DNA from: Octopus bimaculoides | Lineage: Eukaryota | Assembly: GCF_001194135.2 (NCBI RefSeq) | Contig: NC_068990.1 | Coordinates: 20,983,792 to 21,047,791, forward strand | DNA: 64,000 nt | Direction of reading: 5' to 3' | Part shown: piece after piece, positions 24,656-36,878 of the stretch | How positions within the stretch are numbered: position 1 is the stretch's first letter | How the letters are laid out: every line of letters begins with the position of its first letter | Translations under genes and position numbers: made by a program | Notes under the pieces: model-generated | The model's input: only the letters and a program-made list of their open reading frames with translations | Databases searched by the model: none | What the model was told of the DNA's origin: nothing

Positions 24656-25804
24656 AAAAAAACTGCTGAGTTGAGTTCAATGGCCCAATATGGCGATTGA
24701 TTGGGAAAAAGGAGGTTAAATGAAAGGGAGATAATAAAGAGAAGTTCAATGAAGGGGAGATAATTCCTGGTGATCCCACCTAGAGAAGATGCGCAAGCGT
24801 ATGTGTGCGCATGTGAGAATGGTGTGTGTGTGTGTGTGTGTGTATTAGTGTGTATGTGTGAATGGGGCGAGTGAATTGGACGTGTGTATGTGTGTCTATA
24901 TATATACATATTCACGCACAGAAACAAACATAGTCAGACATACATATATGCATACACGCACACGCTCCTTTACAGACATATGTGTGAATCCGTGTGTGAT
25001 TGAACACCAAATGAAACCGAGTGTTACAAACGTCAATTTTAATTCTATTAGTCTTCAATAATTTACTTATAGAAATGGTATTAGATTTTCTCGTTCCTTC
25101 CGTGATTATTTGGACCTATCTTCTTTATAATCATATAAATATAGTTATGCATATCAACGCATGCAAAAATGCACTAGCAAATGTGTGTGTGTAAGTGTGA
25201 GTGTATGTGAGTGTGTGTACACACACGTGCATGTATATACATAATACATACACACAGACGTACAGACATAAATCTTTGTACACACACACACACACACTCA
25301 CACACACATATAACTCTATATGTATATCTTTCTGCCTGTCTATCTATCTACGTATTCATGTATCTTTGTCTCTCTCACTCTGTTTGTGTATATATATNNN
25401 NNNNNNNTATGTACTGCACACAAACATATGAGTTATGCACTTATGTGTGTGTATATAGTTGTACATTTGTGCTAGTGAAGCTATGTATAAATATATGTAC
25501 GCATGTGAGTGTGTGTGTATGTGTGATGTGTGCGCGCATGTGTGTGTATGTGTGTGTGTGTGTGTGTGTGTGTTTGCAACAAGAATGAGTCACCAATTAG
25601 CTGCAAGTGAGTTGTTCCAATCCACCAAAATATGCTTGTTCCACTTCTCAAGGTCAAATATTTCATAAATATATATTTTGGTCCGACAATATATTATAAC
25701 GACGCAAATCAGATCAAGTTTTATATGTTACTGCTCAACTACGAGTTTGAACTTGCTACACACGCCTTTCTGCTCTTTTCGCTGTTTCCTGTCGAAGTGG
25801 ATGT

Positions 25805-26107
25805 GACACTCCGTCGGTTTCCACGACGCGTGTTCCAGTTGATCCGATCAACGCAACAGCCTGCACGTGAAATTAACGGATAAGTGTCTGAGCATTCCAC
25901 AGACATTGCATACCCTTATCCTATTTCTCACGGAGATTTAGCGTGGCACAGATTGTGACGTGAATGGTTATTTGAGTTACAGGTACTACTCATTTTTGTC
26001 TGGAGCAAAGTGAAATAAAGTGTCTTGCTCAAGGACACAACACGCTGCCGAGAATCGAACTCATGTCATGAACCGATTAGCCTAACTAATAATCCATGCG
26101 CCTACAC
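25805..26107 (-). mobile_element. tRNA-headed SINE with a family-3 central domain and a family-4 tail
   Basis: Minus strand has GAGTTCGATTC, TGTTGTGTCCTTGAGCAAGACACTTTATTTCAC, and the tail GCAGGCTGTTGCGTTGATCGGATCAACTGGAAC...CCGACGGAGTG. Confidence 0.75.
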
Positions 26108-26234
26108 TCCGTTCAAGTAAGTCTGTATAAATTCTTACATCTACTTAAAGCTATATAATTCTTTCTGAGTGAACGCAGCATCTTCCAAATGTAAGTAGTT
26201 TTCGTAACTCATATCCTCCGACGCTACTCTATCT

Positions 26235-26365
26235 CTTTCTCTTTCCTTCCCACCCCCCTCGTTCTTCCTCTGTACTACTACGTATCTCGCTTTACCCCTC
26301 TCGTTCTTCCTCTGTTACTACTACGTATCTCTTTTTCCCCCTCGTTTTTCCTCTCTTTCTCTTTT
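26235..26365. repeat. Short tandem duplication of an about 44-bp pyrimidine-rich unit (2-3 copies)
   Basis: CTCGTTCTTCCTCTGT(T)ACTACTACGTATCTC occurs twice, plus a partial third copy. Confidence 0.7.
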
Positions 26366-27161
26366 CCTCTCGTTGCTCACCTATTCTTCTACTTCCTCCC
26401 TCTGTTTCTCTCTCTTCCCTTTACACCGGCATGGTCACATNNNNNNNNNNNNNNNNNNNNNNNNNNNNNNNNNNNNNNNNNNNNNNNNNNNNNNNNNNNN
26501 NNNNNNNNNNNNNNNNNNNNNNNNNNNNNNNNNNNNNNNNNNNNNNNNNNNNNNNNNNNNNNNNNNNNNNNNNNNNNNNNNNNNNNNNNNNNNNNNNNNN
26601 NNNNNNNNNNNNNNNNNNNNNNNNNNNNNNNNNNNNNNNNNNNNNNNNNNNNNNNNNNNNNNNNNNNNNNNNNNNNNNNNNNNNNNNNNNNNNNNNNNNN
26701 NNNNNNNNNNNNNNNNNNNNNNNNNNNNNNNNNNNNNNNNNNNNNNNNNNNNNNNNNNNNNNNNNNNNNNNNNNNNNNNNNNNNNNNNNNNNNNNNNNNN
26801 NNNNNNNNNNNNNNNNNNNNNNNNNNNNNNNNNNNNNNNNNNNNNNNNNNNNNNNNNNNNNNNNNNNNNNNNNNNNNNNNNNNNNNNNNNNNNNNNNNNN
26901 NNNNNNNNNNNNNNNNNNNNNNNNNNNNNNNNNNNNNNNNNNNNNNNNNNNNNNNNNNNNNNNNNNNNNNNNNNNNNNNNNNNNNNNNNNNNNNNNNNNN
27001 NNNNNNNNNNNNNNNNNNNNNNNNNNNNNNNNNNNNNNNNNNNNNNNNNNNNNNNNNNNNNNNNNNNNNNNNNNNNNNNNNNNNNNNNNNNNNNNNNNNN
27101 NNNNNNNNNNNNNNNNNNNNNNNNNNNNNNNNNNNNNNNNNNNNNNNNNNNNNNNNNNNNN

Positions 27162-27214
<53 letters not shown>

Positions 27215-27842
27215 ACACATGCTAAATCTACCGCACTTGGTTGTCGCTTTTAGCAATTACGTTTGTTGGACCGTCGTAAAATCCGTTGCAAATATCATTC
27301 GTTTATGTTTGAAATCCTACTTGTTTCAGTGAAATGTACTCAATACAGAGAACAAGAATTATATCGAGTACTCAATACAGTAAACAAGAATTACATCGAG
27401 TACTTATCATTAGGTAATTTCGACAATTATACCATAATTGGTGTTATTTCTTTAGAATTACTTAATCAATTACTGTAGTTTTCTGGATTCCAAATACTAG
27501 ACCTTATTGTAAAGCATAAAAAGTGTAAGAGCGTAAATTGGCTAAATGACACCGACTGAATATGTCCCCTTTTATGTGATAACGCTGGAAACCTTTTAAC
27601 GACAGTGACTTTGTCTGCACTGAAAGAAACTGCAACGTATACATCTCTGTTATGAAAGCCACAGCTGGTTTAGTCTTTACTCTGTTGGGCGGCTGAATGT
27701 AAAATCGATGTTCAGTTAAACATCGTCGGTTCTATCAATTCTTATTCTAGATCATTTTGCTATAAAAAAAATATAACAGGCAACAAAACATTTCCTAAAA
27801 GCGTCAATTAAATGACAACTGTTTTGTAGACTTAGCGTATGT

Positions 27843-27877
<35 letters not shown>

Positions 27878-28479
27878 NNNNNNNNNNNNNNNNNNNNNNN
27901 NNNNNNNNNNNNNNNNNNNNNNNNNNNNNNNNNNNNNNNNNNNNNNNNNNNNNNNNNNNNNNNNNNNNNNNNNNNNNNNNNNNNNNNNNNNNNNNNNNNN
28001 NNNNNNNNNNNNNNNNNNNNNNNNNNNNNNNNNNNNNNNNNNNNNNNNNNNNNNNNNNNNNNNNNNNNNNNNNNNNNNNNNNNNNNNNNNNNNNNNNNNN
28101 NNNNNNNNNNNNNNNNNNNNNNNNNNNNNNNNNNNNNNNNNNNNNNNNNNNNNNNNNNNNNNNNNNNNNNNNNNNNNNNNNNNNNNNNNNNNNNNNNNNN
28201 NNNNNNNNNNNNNNNNNNNNNNNNNNNNNNNNNNNNNNNNNNNNNNNNNNNNNNNNNNNNNNNNNNNNTATATATATAAACATACATACATACACACGTA
28301 CTTATATATATATATATGTGTGTATGAGTTTGGTTTGTGTTCTTGTGCGTATGAGTGTGTGCATGTGTGTGTGTATAAATCTATAAATCTTTAACTCTTT
28401 AAATAGTTTCAGCTTTAAGGTTATGATCATGCTGGAGCATCACCGTTGGCTGTGTTACACTATTATTTCAATCCTCCTC

Positions 28480-30060
28480 TGATACGTAGCATTTAGGGAA
28501 TGTGATAGTTTGATGATGCTACCCTCATCTGTGTTTCCTGTCATGAGGTAGGTTCATCTGGAACATTTGAGAGGAGGCGATCCAGTTTTGTTTTGAAGAC
28601 ATTTACACCCACACCATGCATGTCTCTCAGGCACTTTGGAAGGATTTTGAATAGCTGTGGACCCTTGAAAACCAAGCCTTTGCAGTATCATCTGGTCCTG
28701 CATTTTGATGGTTATGCTCGGATCATTGGCACTATGCAGTGGCGTCCCGTTCTGGTGTTTCTGTAATTTCAAGGCCAAGGTTTGGTGCAAGGCCTTCTAG
28801 AATTTTCCACATGTATATCACTGCATATCTTTCCCGCCTTTTTCTTGGGAGAAAATTTTAAATTCTCTCAATCTTTTCCAGTAGCTGATACGTTGCATTG
28901 AGATGATTCTTTTTGTGTAGCTTCGTTGGATTGCTTCGAGTTCCGTCGTTAATTCTATATTTTGGTGACCATAATTTGGTGCGGTAGTCCGAGCGGCTGA
29001 GGATGTCTTCCCTCCAAAGGGCCATCATTATCTCCTTTAGACTTGTTTGGAAACTTCGGAGGATCCATCTATCCAGCCGTCTGAATGTTATCATTAAATT
29101 TTTATTATGCACTTGTAAAGGTGCATCGTCGTACATGTCAATGTCCAGGTCACGCACTAATTTGCATTGAAGAATTGCAATTCATCCCGGGACAGTGTAT
29201 CATGTCTGCATGTCGTTCAGCTTTTCTGCATTTAACTGCATGTTTTTGTTCTCAGTCCACCTGTATATTGCGTCTCACTCCCGTTGCACATGTGCAATAT
29301 TTCTAGGATTTTGTATTGCCTGAGACTTTAGTGTCATCTGCATAGATAGCAAGAATCGCTATCTGAGAAACTGAGGGCATGTCTGAGAGGGCCACTAGGA
29401 ATAGCAGTGACCTTAAGATAAGACCGTGCCCTGTGGAACGCCACTTATTTATTTGTTTCCTTTGAGGTGGCTCCATTGGCCACCACTGCTTGACGTCTAT
29501 CTTTTAGGAAGTCATTTTCCTACTACGTCGAGATCACACAGTTTGTAACACATCATACCAGGTCGACTTTACAAAGTCGATATGTATCACAACCACTTTT
29601 GAGTCATTTAGCAACTGTTTTAACACCCAGTCGTAATGTTGCAAGAGTTGTGTCAGGCAGCTTCTACCTGGTGAAATCCATGCTTGGTGTCAGTCAGCAA
29701 GTTCAAGTCATTTTCTTCGAGGAACGTGATTTCTTATCTGTGGTCTATTCATTCCATGATTGTGCTGAAGTGTGAGGTCAGAGAAATAGGCCTATAATTT
29801 TTAGCATCTGCTCTGCTCCCTCCGTTAAGGATAGGGCATATTATTCCTTCCTTCGGTTCGTCTGGGAGCTTACCACATGCAAGAAAACCCTGCAAAGGTA
29901 GCTACAGTAGTTTGACAAGGACTCATTTGTACGATTTGAGAAGGATTGCTGGGGATCTACCAGCGCCAGCAGCTGAGTTTGTGTCAACCTCAACTATTGC
30001 TAGTGTTACATCTTCTTTAATATTGATGTAAACAATTTTCGCCTCTTTAGTTAGAGATAA
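28480..30060 (-). mobile_element. CR1-group LINE reverse transcriptase fragment (decayed)
   Basis: Minus-strand motifs NYRPISLTSH, SGVPQGTVL, IYADDTKV and RDLDIDM, with many stops and frameshifts. Confidence 0.9.
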
Positions 30061-30654
30061 AATGGCAAAGAATTCATCATCGATAAATTATCACGCAAAA
30101 GTATTTACCGTTAATGTATTTACCGCAAAAGTATTTACCGTTTATTTTAGAGCTATAACCAGTATGATCGAATGAAAAATCATGTTAACTGAAAAGAAAG
30201 TTAGCTTAAATAAAATTCAAGAAATCCTGAAAAAGAATTTGACAAAAATATAACGCTGTTTATTATGTCGTTAATGCTTGATAATAGCAAAATTCTTTAA
30301 AATTATTATATGATAATAGAATGTTCCAAATCCTATACTAAGCGTAGTGTCCGGTGTGGCAAGATGATTACAACAACCTAGTGTTCATCTAGTATTTATT
30401 TTATTGACCTCGGAAGCAGGAAAAGCAAAGTCGCATTCTGTCCAGCTTGCTAACGATTCGTTCAAATCGCCGCCCTATTTTAATAGTTGTAGAATGAATA
30501 CATGTTTACATAGGAATTCGATGACAAACGTCCCGGTGACCTTCACATTGAAATTTTCCTATGATGCCTTCACGAAGTGGCTAGAGCGCTACACAAAGGG
30601 CATTGAAGTCAGAGGATTCTATATGTTTATTCATGTTAATAATTGTTAAGATTA

Positions 30655-30904
30655 GTATCCCGGGCAAAATGCTTAGAAGCATTTGGTATGTCTTTAAGTC
30701 CTGCCAAGTTTGACTTTGCCTGAACAAAATGCTTAGCCGCTTTTCGTCCGTGTTTACGTTCTGAGTTCAAATTCAGCTGAGGCCAACTTTGACTTTTGTT
30801 ATTTCAGGATCGAAAAATTAAGTATCAGTTGGTAATTTGGGTCTGTGTAATTGACTTACCTCCACCCGCGAAATTACCGACCTTGTGCTAAAATTTCAAA
30901 TCAA
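30655..30904 (+). mobile_element. SINE family 1 (partial head followed by a second copy)
   Basis: AAAATGCTTAG occurs twice, then GTTCTGAGTTCAAATTC and the family tail. Confidence 0.7.
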
Positions 30905-31386
30905 TAATTGGTAAAATATCTGCCTCAAACGAAAGACAACGCCGAGACGTAAATGACATTTTAAGGAGTTGTAAGTAGCGTAGCGTAATGAAGGAGCTTC
31001 GTCTTGCATTTGGCAGCAGAAAACGTGGACTAACTAAGATATTGACTTAGAGAGTATTGATACAAAAAAAAAAAGAAATGATTAATCAGTAAGATAGAAA
31101 AAAAAACGGTTAGTTGTGAAGATCCATGTTAGAATACAGTGCTAGTCGTAGATGGGGGAGTGAAGAAGGAAGTGAAGGTAAACCTTTATGTGGAATTTTA
31201 AGAGGGTGTGTCTGGAAGAACATATAGCAGTAGTGCTCTGAGTGTACAGTCTCGTGGTTTTCTTCTTGTCTCTGCAGACGTGTTCACCTTGGAAAGTATA
31301 TTATATAAGTCTGTGGAAATTCAAGGTGTTGGTATGTGTATGTATGCGTGTGTAAAGGAAGGGTGAACGAGAGCAGCAGGCATGTA

Positions 31387-31435
<49 letters not shown>

Positions 31436-31762
31436 NNNNNNNNNNNNNNNNNNNNNNNNNNNNNNNNNNNNNNNNNNNNNNNNNNNNNNNNNNNNNNNNN
31501 NNNNNNNNNNNNNNNNNNNNNNNNNNNNNNNNNNNNNNNNNNNNNNNNNNNNNNNNNNNNNNNNNNNNNNNNNNNNNNNNNNNNNNNNNNNNNNNNNNNN
31601 NNNNNNNNNNNNNNNNNNNNNNNNNNNNNNNNNNNNNNNNNNNNNNNNNNNNNNNNNNNNNNNNNNNNNNNNNNNNNNNNNNNNNNNNNNNNNNNNNNNN
31701 NNNNNNNNNNNNGTATGTGTGTTATATATAATATATCAATCGTACATATCTGGTGTGTGTGG

Positions 31763-31797
<35 letters not shown>

Positions 31798-32654
31798 TTT
31801 ACATACATAAATGTATGTTTATATGTATATATACACACATTCGTTCATATATATACATACATATATATATGTTAGCTATATATATTCTCAAGACGCAAGA
31901 TAACCTTGTGTAAGCTTGTATCTATAAGTGCATTTGGGTGTTTCTCTATCGATCCGATTCTACAAGGTTTGTTTTTTCAGATTTTCTACACACGGCAATA
32001 ATAACCGCGAATTTATTTGTGTATTTAGCGTTACAGTACAATACATAGAAGTCAATAGTTTTTCTTCTTACTTTATTGTCTCTATTTCCAGCTGTTCAGT
32101 TATGTCAGCATTCAATTCTCTAGGCTGATCGATATACAAAATAATACATAATAAAAGTATACAGCTGTCACTCTTCTTTTGTTCTTAAATGAAACAAAAA
32201 GTGAAAACCTAACAAACAATATTATTTTAAATTCAAACTTTATACTGCATTGTTTTTTTATGTGTTTGCGAATTGACACTGCAGTAAAACGTATAGCCAT
32301 TACTGATCACATCTGATCATCTCCTACTTCCTTCATGTATTACGTGCAATTTTCACGTTTCTGTAATAGACTTTCCGGCATCGAGTTTCTTATTCAATGC
32401 GAATGGAGAATAGTGAGTGTGGTTGTAACGCTCTTTAAATATGTTTGTTAATAGTGAATACCTATTCTACGTCCAGTATGGTTAATCTATTTGGATAACA
32501 AGAAGATTGTTTTTAAGTTTAGTTTTCTTGAGCCCCGGGACGCATAAATACATTTAGCGGATTTCCATGGTGTAGAAGTGGCTGAGATCATAACATTCCA
32601 TTGAAAGAGACACCTGTCTACAGCAGGATTCAAGGCTGACGATTTTTGAGGGAA

Positions 32655-32832
32655 AGGGACAACTCAATTCATCGATCTCAGTACGTGAATGGTGATTTAT
32701 TTTTTCGACACAAAAGAGATGAAAGGCAAAATTGAACTGGGCGGGTTTTGAACTCAGAACGTAAAAAAGGGAAATAAATGCCTCTAAGCATTTTTGTCCG
32801 ATCTCCTAACAATTCTGCCATCTTACCGCCTT
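32655..32832 (-). mobile_element. SINE family 1 copy
   Basis: GATGAAAGGCAAAATTGAAC...TTTGAACTCAGAACGTAAA...TTCTGCCATCTTACCGCC is the reverse complement of the family head and body. Confidence 0.75.
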
Positions 32833-33026
32833 CAACATAAACAGTCATGCGTAATCTAACTGCGATAGTATAAAAGTCATAATTGTGTACCTTTCTTTCA
32901 GTCTTTAAAGGGTATTACGTCCTACTTGACTCGGGGCTAAGAATAGACTTTTGTAATTGTGATGATACAAACAAAACATGCGTAACTTAATCTCTGTGGA
33001 TTGATATATGAATATTAATAATGTGT

Positions 33027-33393
33027 AGTGGAGGTGCAATGATCCAGTGGTTAGAGCTCATAGGATCGAGGTTTCGATTCCCAGAGCGGGCGTTGTGAGA
33101 GTTTATTGAACGAAAAAACCTAAAGCTCCACGAAGCTCCAGCAGAGGGTGGTGGCGAAGCCTGCTATATTCTTTCCCCACAACCTTCTTTCACTCTTTCT
33201 TCTTGTTTCTGGTGTACCTGTATTTCAATGGGCAAGCCTTGTCCCACTCTGTGTCACGCTGAATCTCACCGAGAACTACGTTAAGTGTACACGTGTCTGT
33301 GGACTGCTCAATCATTTGCACGTTAATTTCACGAGCAGGCTGTTCCGTTGATCGGATCAACTGGAACCCTCGTCGTCGTAACCGACGGAGTGC
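33027..33393 (+). mobile_element. SINE family 4 (tRNA-like head, distinct body, tail shared with 25805-26107)
   Basis: CCAGTGGTTAGAG, GGTTTCGATTCCC, tail CACGAGCAGGCTGTTCCGTTGATCGGATCAACTGGAACCCTCGTCGTCGTAACCGACGGAGTG. Confidence 0.75.
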
Positions 33394-33604
33394 TGTGGTA
33401 GTATTGTGTACTACAGAGATTAGTCACCATTGTGAATCACCTTGAGACTTGACAGGCATGCGTTGACTGGGCCGCTTCCCACTGATTATTTGCAGAACAA
33501 TGAAATCACGTAGCTGCAATCAATTGATTGAAACTAGCAAAAGATAAGAGATAATATATATATATAGGGAGAATTCACAAAAAAAAAAACAACAACAAAT
33601 GAAG

Positions 33605-33745
33605 ACAGGTGGTATAGACAACAAATGGATGTATTAGTATAACGCTCGGGAATTGGAGAAGTCTTTAACGTTTCGAGCCTACGCTCTTCCACGGAAAGGA
33701 ACACAGAAAGAAACAAGGAGAGAAAAAAATGTGTACAGTGGTTAG
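33605..33745 (-). mobile_element. Short dispersed repeat carrying a core-variant hammerhead-like motif (copy 2)
   Basis: Homologous to 24525-24655; abuts a (TA)n tract. Confidence 0.65.
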
Positions 33746-33791
<46 letters not shown>

Positions 33792-34162
33792 TCACACACT
33801 CACACACTCACACACAGACACAAACTCACACACACATACACAAGTAAGCACATAAATACGAATCAAGGTGGACAAAAGTAGTACTCGAATACCGAGGGTA
33901 GAGTAATATGCTTCGTTTCNNNNNNNNNNNNNNNNNNNNNNNNNNNNNNNNNNNNNNNNNNNNNNNNNNNNNNNNNNNNNNNNNNNNNNNNNNNNNNNNN
34001 NNNNNNNNNNNNNNNNNNNNNNNNNNNNNNNNNNNNNNNNNNNNNNNNNNNNNNNNNNNNNNNNNNNNNNNNNNNNNNNNNNNNNNNNNNNNNNNNNNNN
34101 NNNNNNNNNNNNNNNNNNNNNNNNNNNNNNNNNNNNNNNNNNNNNNNNNNNNNNNNNNNNNN

Positions 34163-34500
34163 CGAGCAAATCGACCCCAGGACTTATTCTTTGTAAGCCT
34201 AGTACTTATTCTATCGGCCTCTTTCGCCGAACCGCTAAGTCACGGAGACGTAAACACACCACCATCGGTTGTCAAGCGATATTGGGGGGACAAACACAGA
34301 CACACAAGCATATACGCACACATACATATACATATATATATACATATATACGACAGGCTTCTTTCAGTTTCCGTCTAACAAATCCACTCACAAGGCTTTG
34401 GTCGGCCCGAGGCTATAGTAGAAGACACTTGCCCAAGATGCCACGCAGTGGGAATGAACCCGGAACCATGTGGTTTGGAAGAAAGCTACTTACCACACAT
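34163..34500 (-). mobile_element. SINE family 2 copy
   Basis: Near-colinear with 19950-20320. Confidence 0.85.
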
Positions 34501-34989
34501 ATAAGGTATATCGTTAAAGAGTTATTTGCATTATATGAAAATGAGGCAACAGAATGAAACTGGGAGTGTTGAATGATATGGATACAGAAAAATGAAGTTT
34601 GATACACGATTATCACAATTACAAGACAGAAGATACTTATTAGCCATTCAAAAAGGCATAAAAAACTATTACGTTCATTAAGTATTGATTATTTGCTAAA
34701 ATTAAGAGTTTCTATGCGTTTATTATGTCCATTATGTGTCTTTCATGCTGTAATTATTTTAGTTTAAACACACGTCCTCAGACCTAATCCTTTCTATCAA
34801 TTATTATAAAAAGACAAATTCTTGTCTATTTCATCTAATCCATATGTCACACCAGTGAAGGCAATCTAGTTTTTGTGCAGTCAAGCTTTGACTATCACTG
34901 TTTTTTTTTGTCGACATGACGCTTTCCGTCCATATTCGTCATCGGCGCTATATTACGTTTCTTTCTGCCACTCTCTGAATCCCTTTTGT

Positions 34990-35089
34990 TCTGTCTGTCT
35001 GTCTGCCGGTCTGTCTGTCTGCCGGTCTGTCTGTCTGCCGGTCTGTCTGTCTGCCGGTCTGTCTGTCTGCCGGTCTGTCTGTCTGCCGG
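34990..35089. repeat. 16-bp tandem repeat (GTCTGTCTGTCTGCCG)n running into an N-gap
   Basis: Directly visible, about 6 units. Confidence 0.9.
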
Positions 35090-35672
35090 NNNNNNNNNNN
35101 NNNNNNNNNNNNNNNNNNNNNNNNNNNNNNNNNNNNNNNNNNNNNNNNNNNNNNNNNNNNNNNNNNNNNNNNNNNNNNNNNNNNNNNNNNNNNNNNNNNN
35201 NNNNNNNNNNNNNNNNNNNNNNNNNNNNNNNNNNNNNNNNNNNNNNNNNNNNNNNNNNNNNNNNNNNNNNNNNNNNNNNNNNNNNNNNNNNNNNNNNNNN
35301 NNNNNNNNNNNNNNNNNNNNNNNNNNNNNNNNNNNNNNNNNNNNNNNNNNNNNNNNNNNNNNNNNNNNNNNNNNNNNNNNNNNNNNNNNNNNNNNNNNNN
35401 NNNNNNNNNNNNNNNNNNNNNNNNNNNNNNNNNNNNNNNNNNNNNNNNNNNNNNNNNNNNNNNNNNNNNNNNNNNNNNNNNNNNNNNNNNNNNNNNNNNN
35501 NNNNNNNNNNNNNNNNNNNNNNNNNNNNNNNNNNNNNNNNNNNNNNNNNNNNNNNNNNNNNNNNNNNNNNNNNNNNNNAAAAATTGTAGTTTATCGTTGA
35601 AAAATTTGTATTAGTGTTCATTTGAATACTTTTGTGAACTGTTTATTGCTGCCTTGAAGCAGCATGTTGCCA

Positions 35673-36878
35673 ATGAGCTTATACGAGGATTACAGCTCTT
35701 CGGGGCTGTCTTCTTCGGAAAAGGAACTCGTAAAAGCAATAGAGAAAATTGATTTTAAAAAATAGCCAAGACGAAAAGTCATTCAAGAGTTACAGAAGTA
35801 GAAAACAAGGAGGTAAATTTAACAAAGTTAAAGAAATATGAGAAGATGTTACACAGAGAAGGTGGCGATGTAAAGTTGTCGATGTAAAGATGTAAAGGTG
35901 GCGATGTAAAGATATCATGAAAGAAATGCAGGAGAAAACAATTACTGATAAAGTATATTCAGTTGAAGAGAGAAAAATTGAAATAATGTCGACAGGGAAA
36001 ATAGAAAAGGCCCTGAAATAAATCTGGTAAGATATTACATATCTACCCACAGGAAATTGATTCGGTACAGTAGAGGTTCACCTCAGAGAGGCAGCCGAGG
36101 CGAAGCAATACTCAGCAACCCCAAGAACGGATATTGTGGTACTTCTACCCACATAACTCGGAAGGAGAGCTTCTAGCGTGAGGGTGGAGGAGATTCCACC
36201 CGAAATCGACGTGGCCTGGGTGGTGGTTGCTATACCCCTGGCTAACGATGATGAAATAGCAGTCCTCCAGGCCACTAAGTCAGAAGCATTAAATTGGAAA
36301 GGCCAAACTTTGGATTTAATGATACAGGGATCGGTGGAAAGCCTGGAAAATATGGTGGAGACGGTGACAGTCTGGGACGCAGTGTTGGGAGTCAGGGTGG
36401 AGGGCAGAATCCTTTGATGCTTTAAATGTGGCCTCAAAGGACACATCAGAGCGGACTGCCCTTCACCAACCGAAAAGAACCAGGAGAAAACCAGCGAAGA
36501 ACCAGTAAGAACGGAGGACTTACCAACAGAAAAATTGAAGGTGGAAGACTAGTCGTGGAAGACGAGTCGTGGAAGACGAGTCGTGGAAGACGAGTCGTGG
36601 AAGACGAGTCGTGGAAGACGAGTCGTGGAAGACGAGTCGTGGAAGACGAGTCGTGGAAGGTTGTGGAGAACAAAAAGCGAAGAAAAAGGAAAAAGGCACG
36701 TTATACAGATTTGAATCCCCAACCCATATCAACCCCACCCACACCTTCTCAGTCCGATCCGCTTCCCATAGACATCAAACCTACCCTTTCTCCTCCGACA
36801 CAAAAACAAAAAAAGGAAACGCTAGCACACAAGAACCCCCAAATTCCCACCTCACAGGAAAAAAATGTACAGTCTTAA
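35673..36878 (+). mobile_element. Decayed gag-like ORF1 of a non-LTR retrotransposon (probably L1/Tx1 group) with a CCHC zinc knuckle
   Basis: CFKCGLKGHIRADC at 36418-36459 (CX2CX4HX4C). Upstream VRVEEIPPEIDVAWVV... is in the same frame; basic and Pro-rich C-terminus; several stops. Confidence 0.7.
36541..36660 (+). repeat. 14-bp minisatellite (GTGGAAGACGAGTC) x8 plus a partial unit, inside ORF1
   Basis: Directly visible; the first unit carries G>T, creating TAG. Confidence 0.95.

Noticed and set aside
36541-36660. CRISPR-like array (also considered for the SINE cluster at 43223-44505)
   Set aside because: The 14-bp units have no spacers, the SINE cluster units are long and diverged, there are no cas genes, and the context is eukaryotic.
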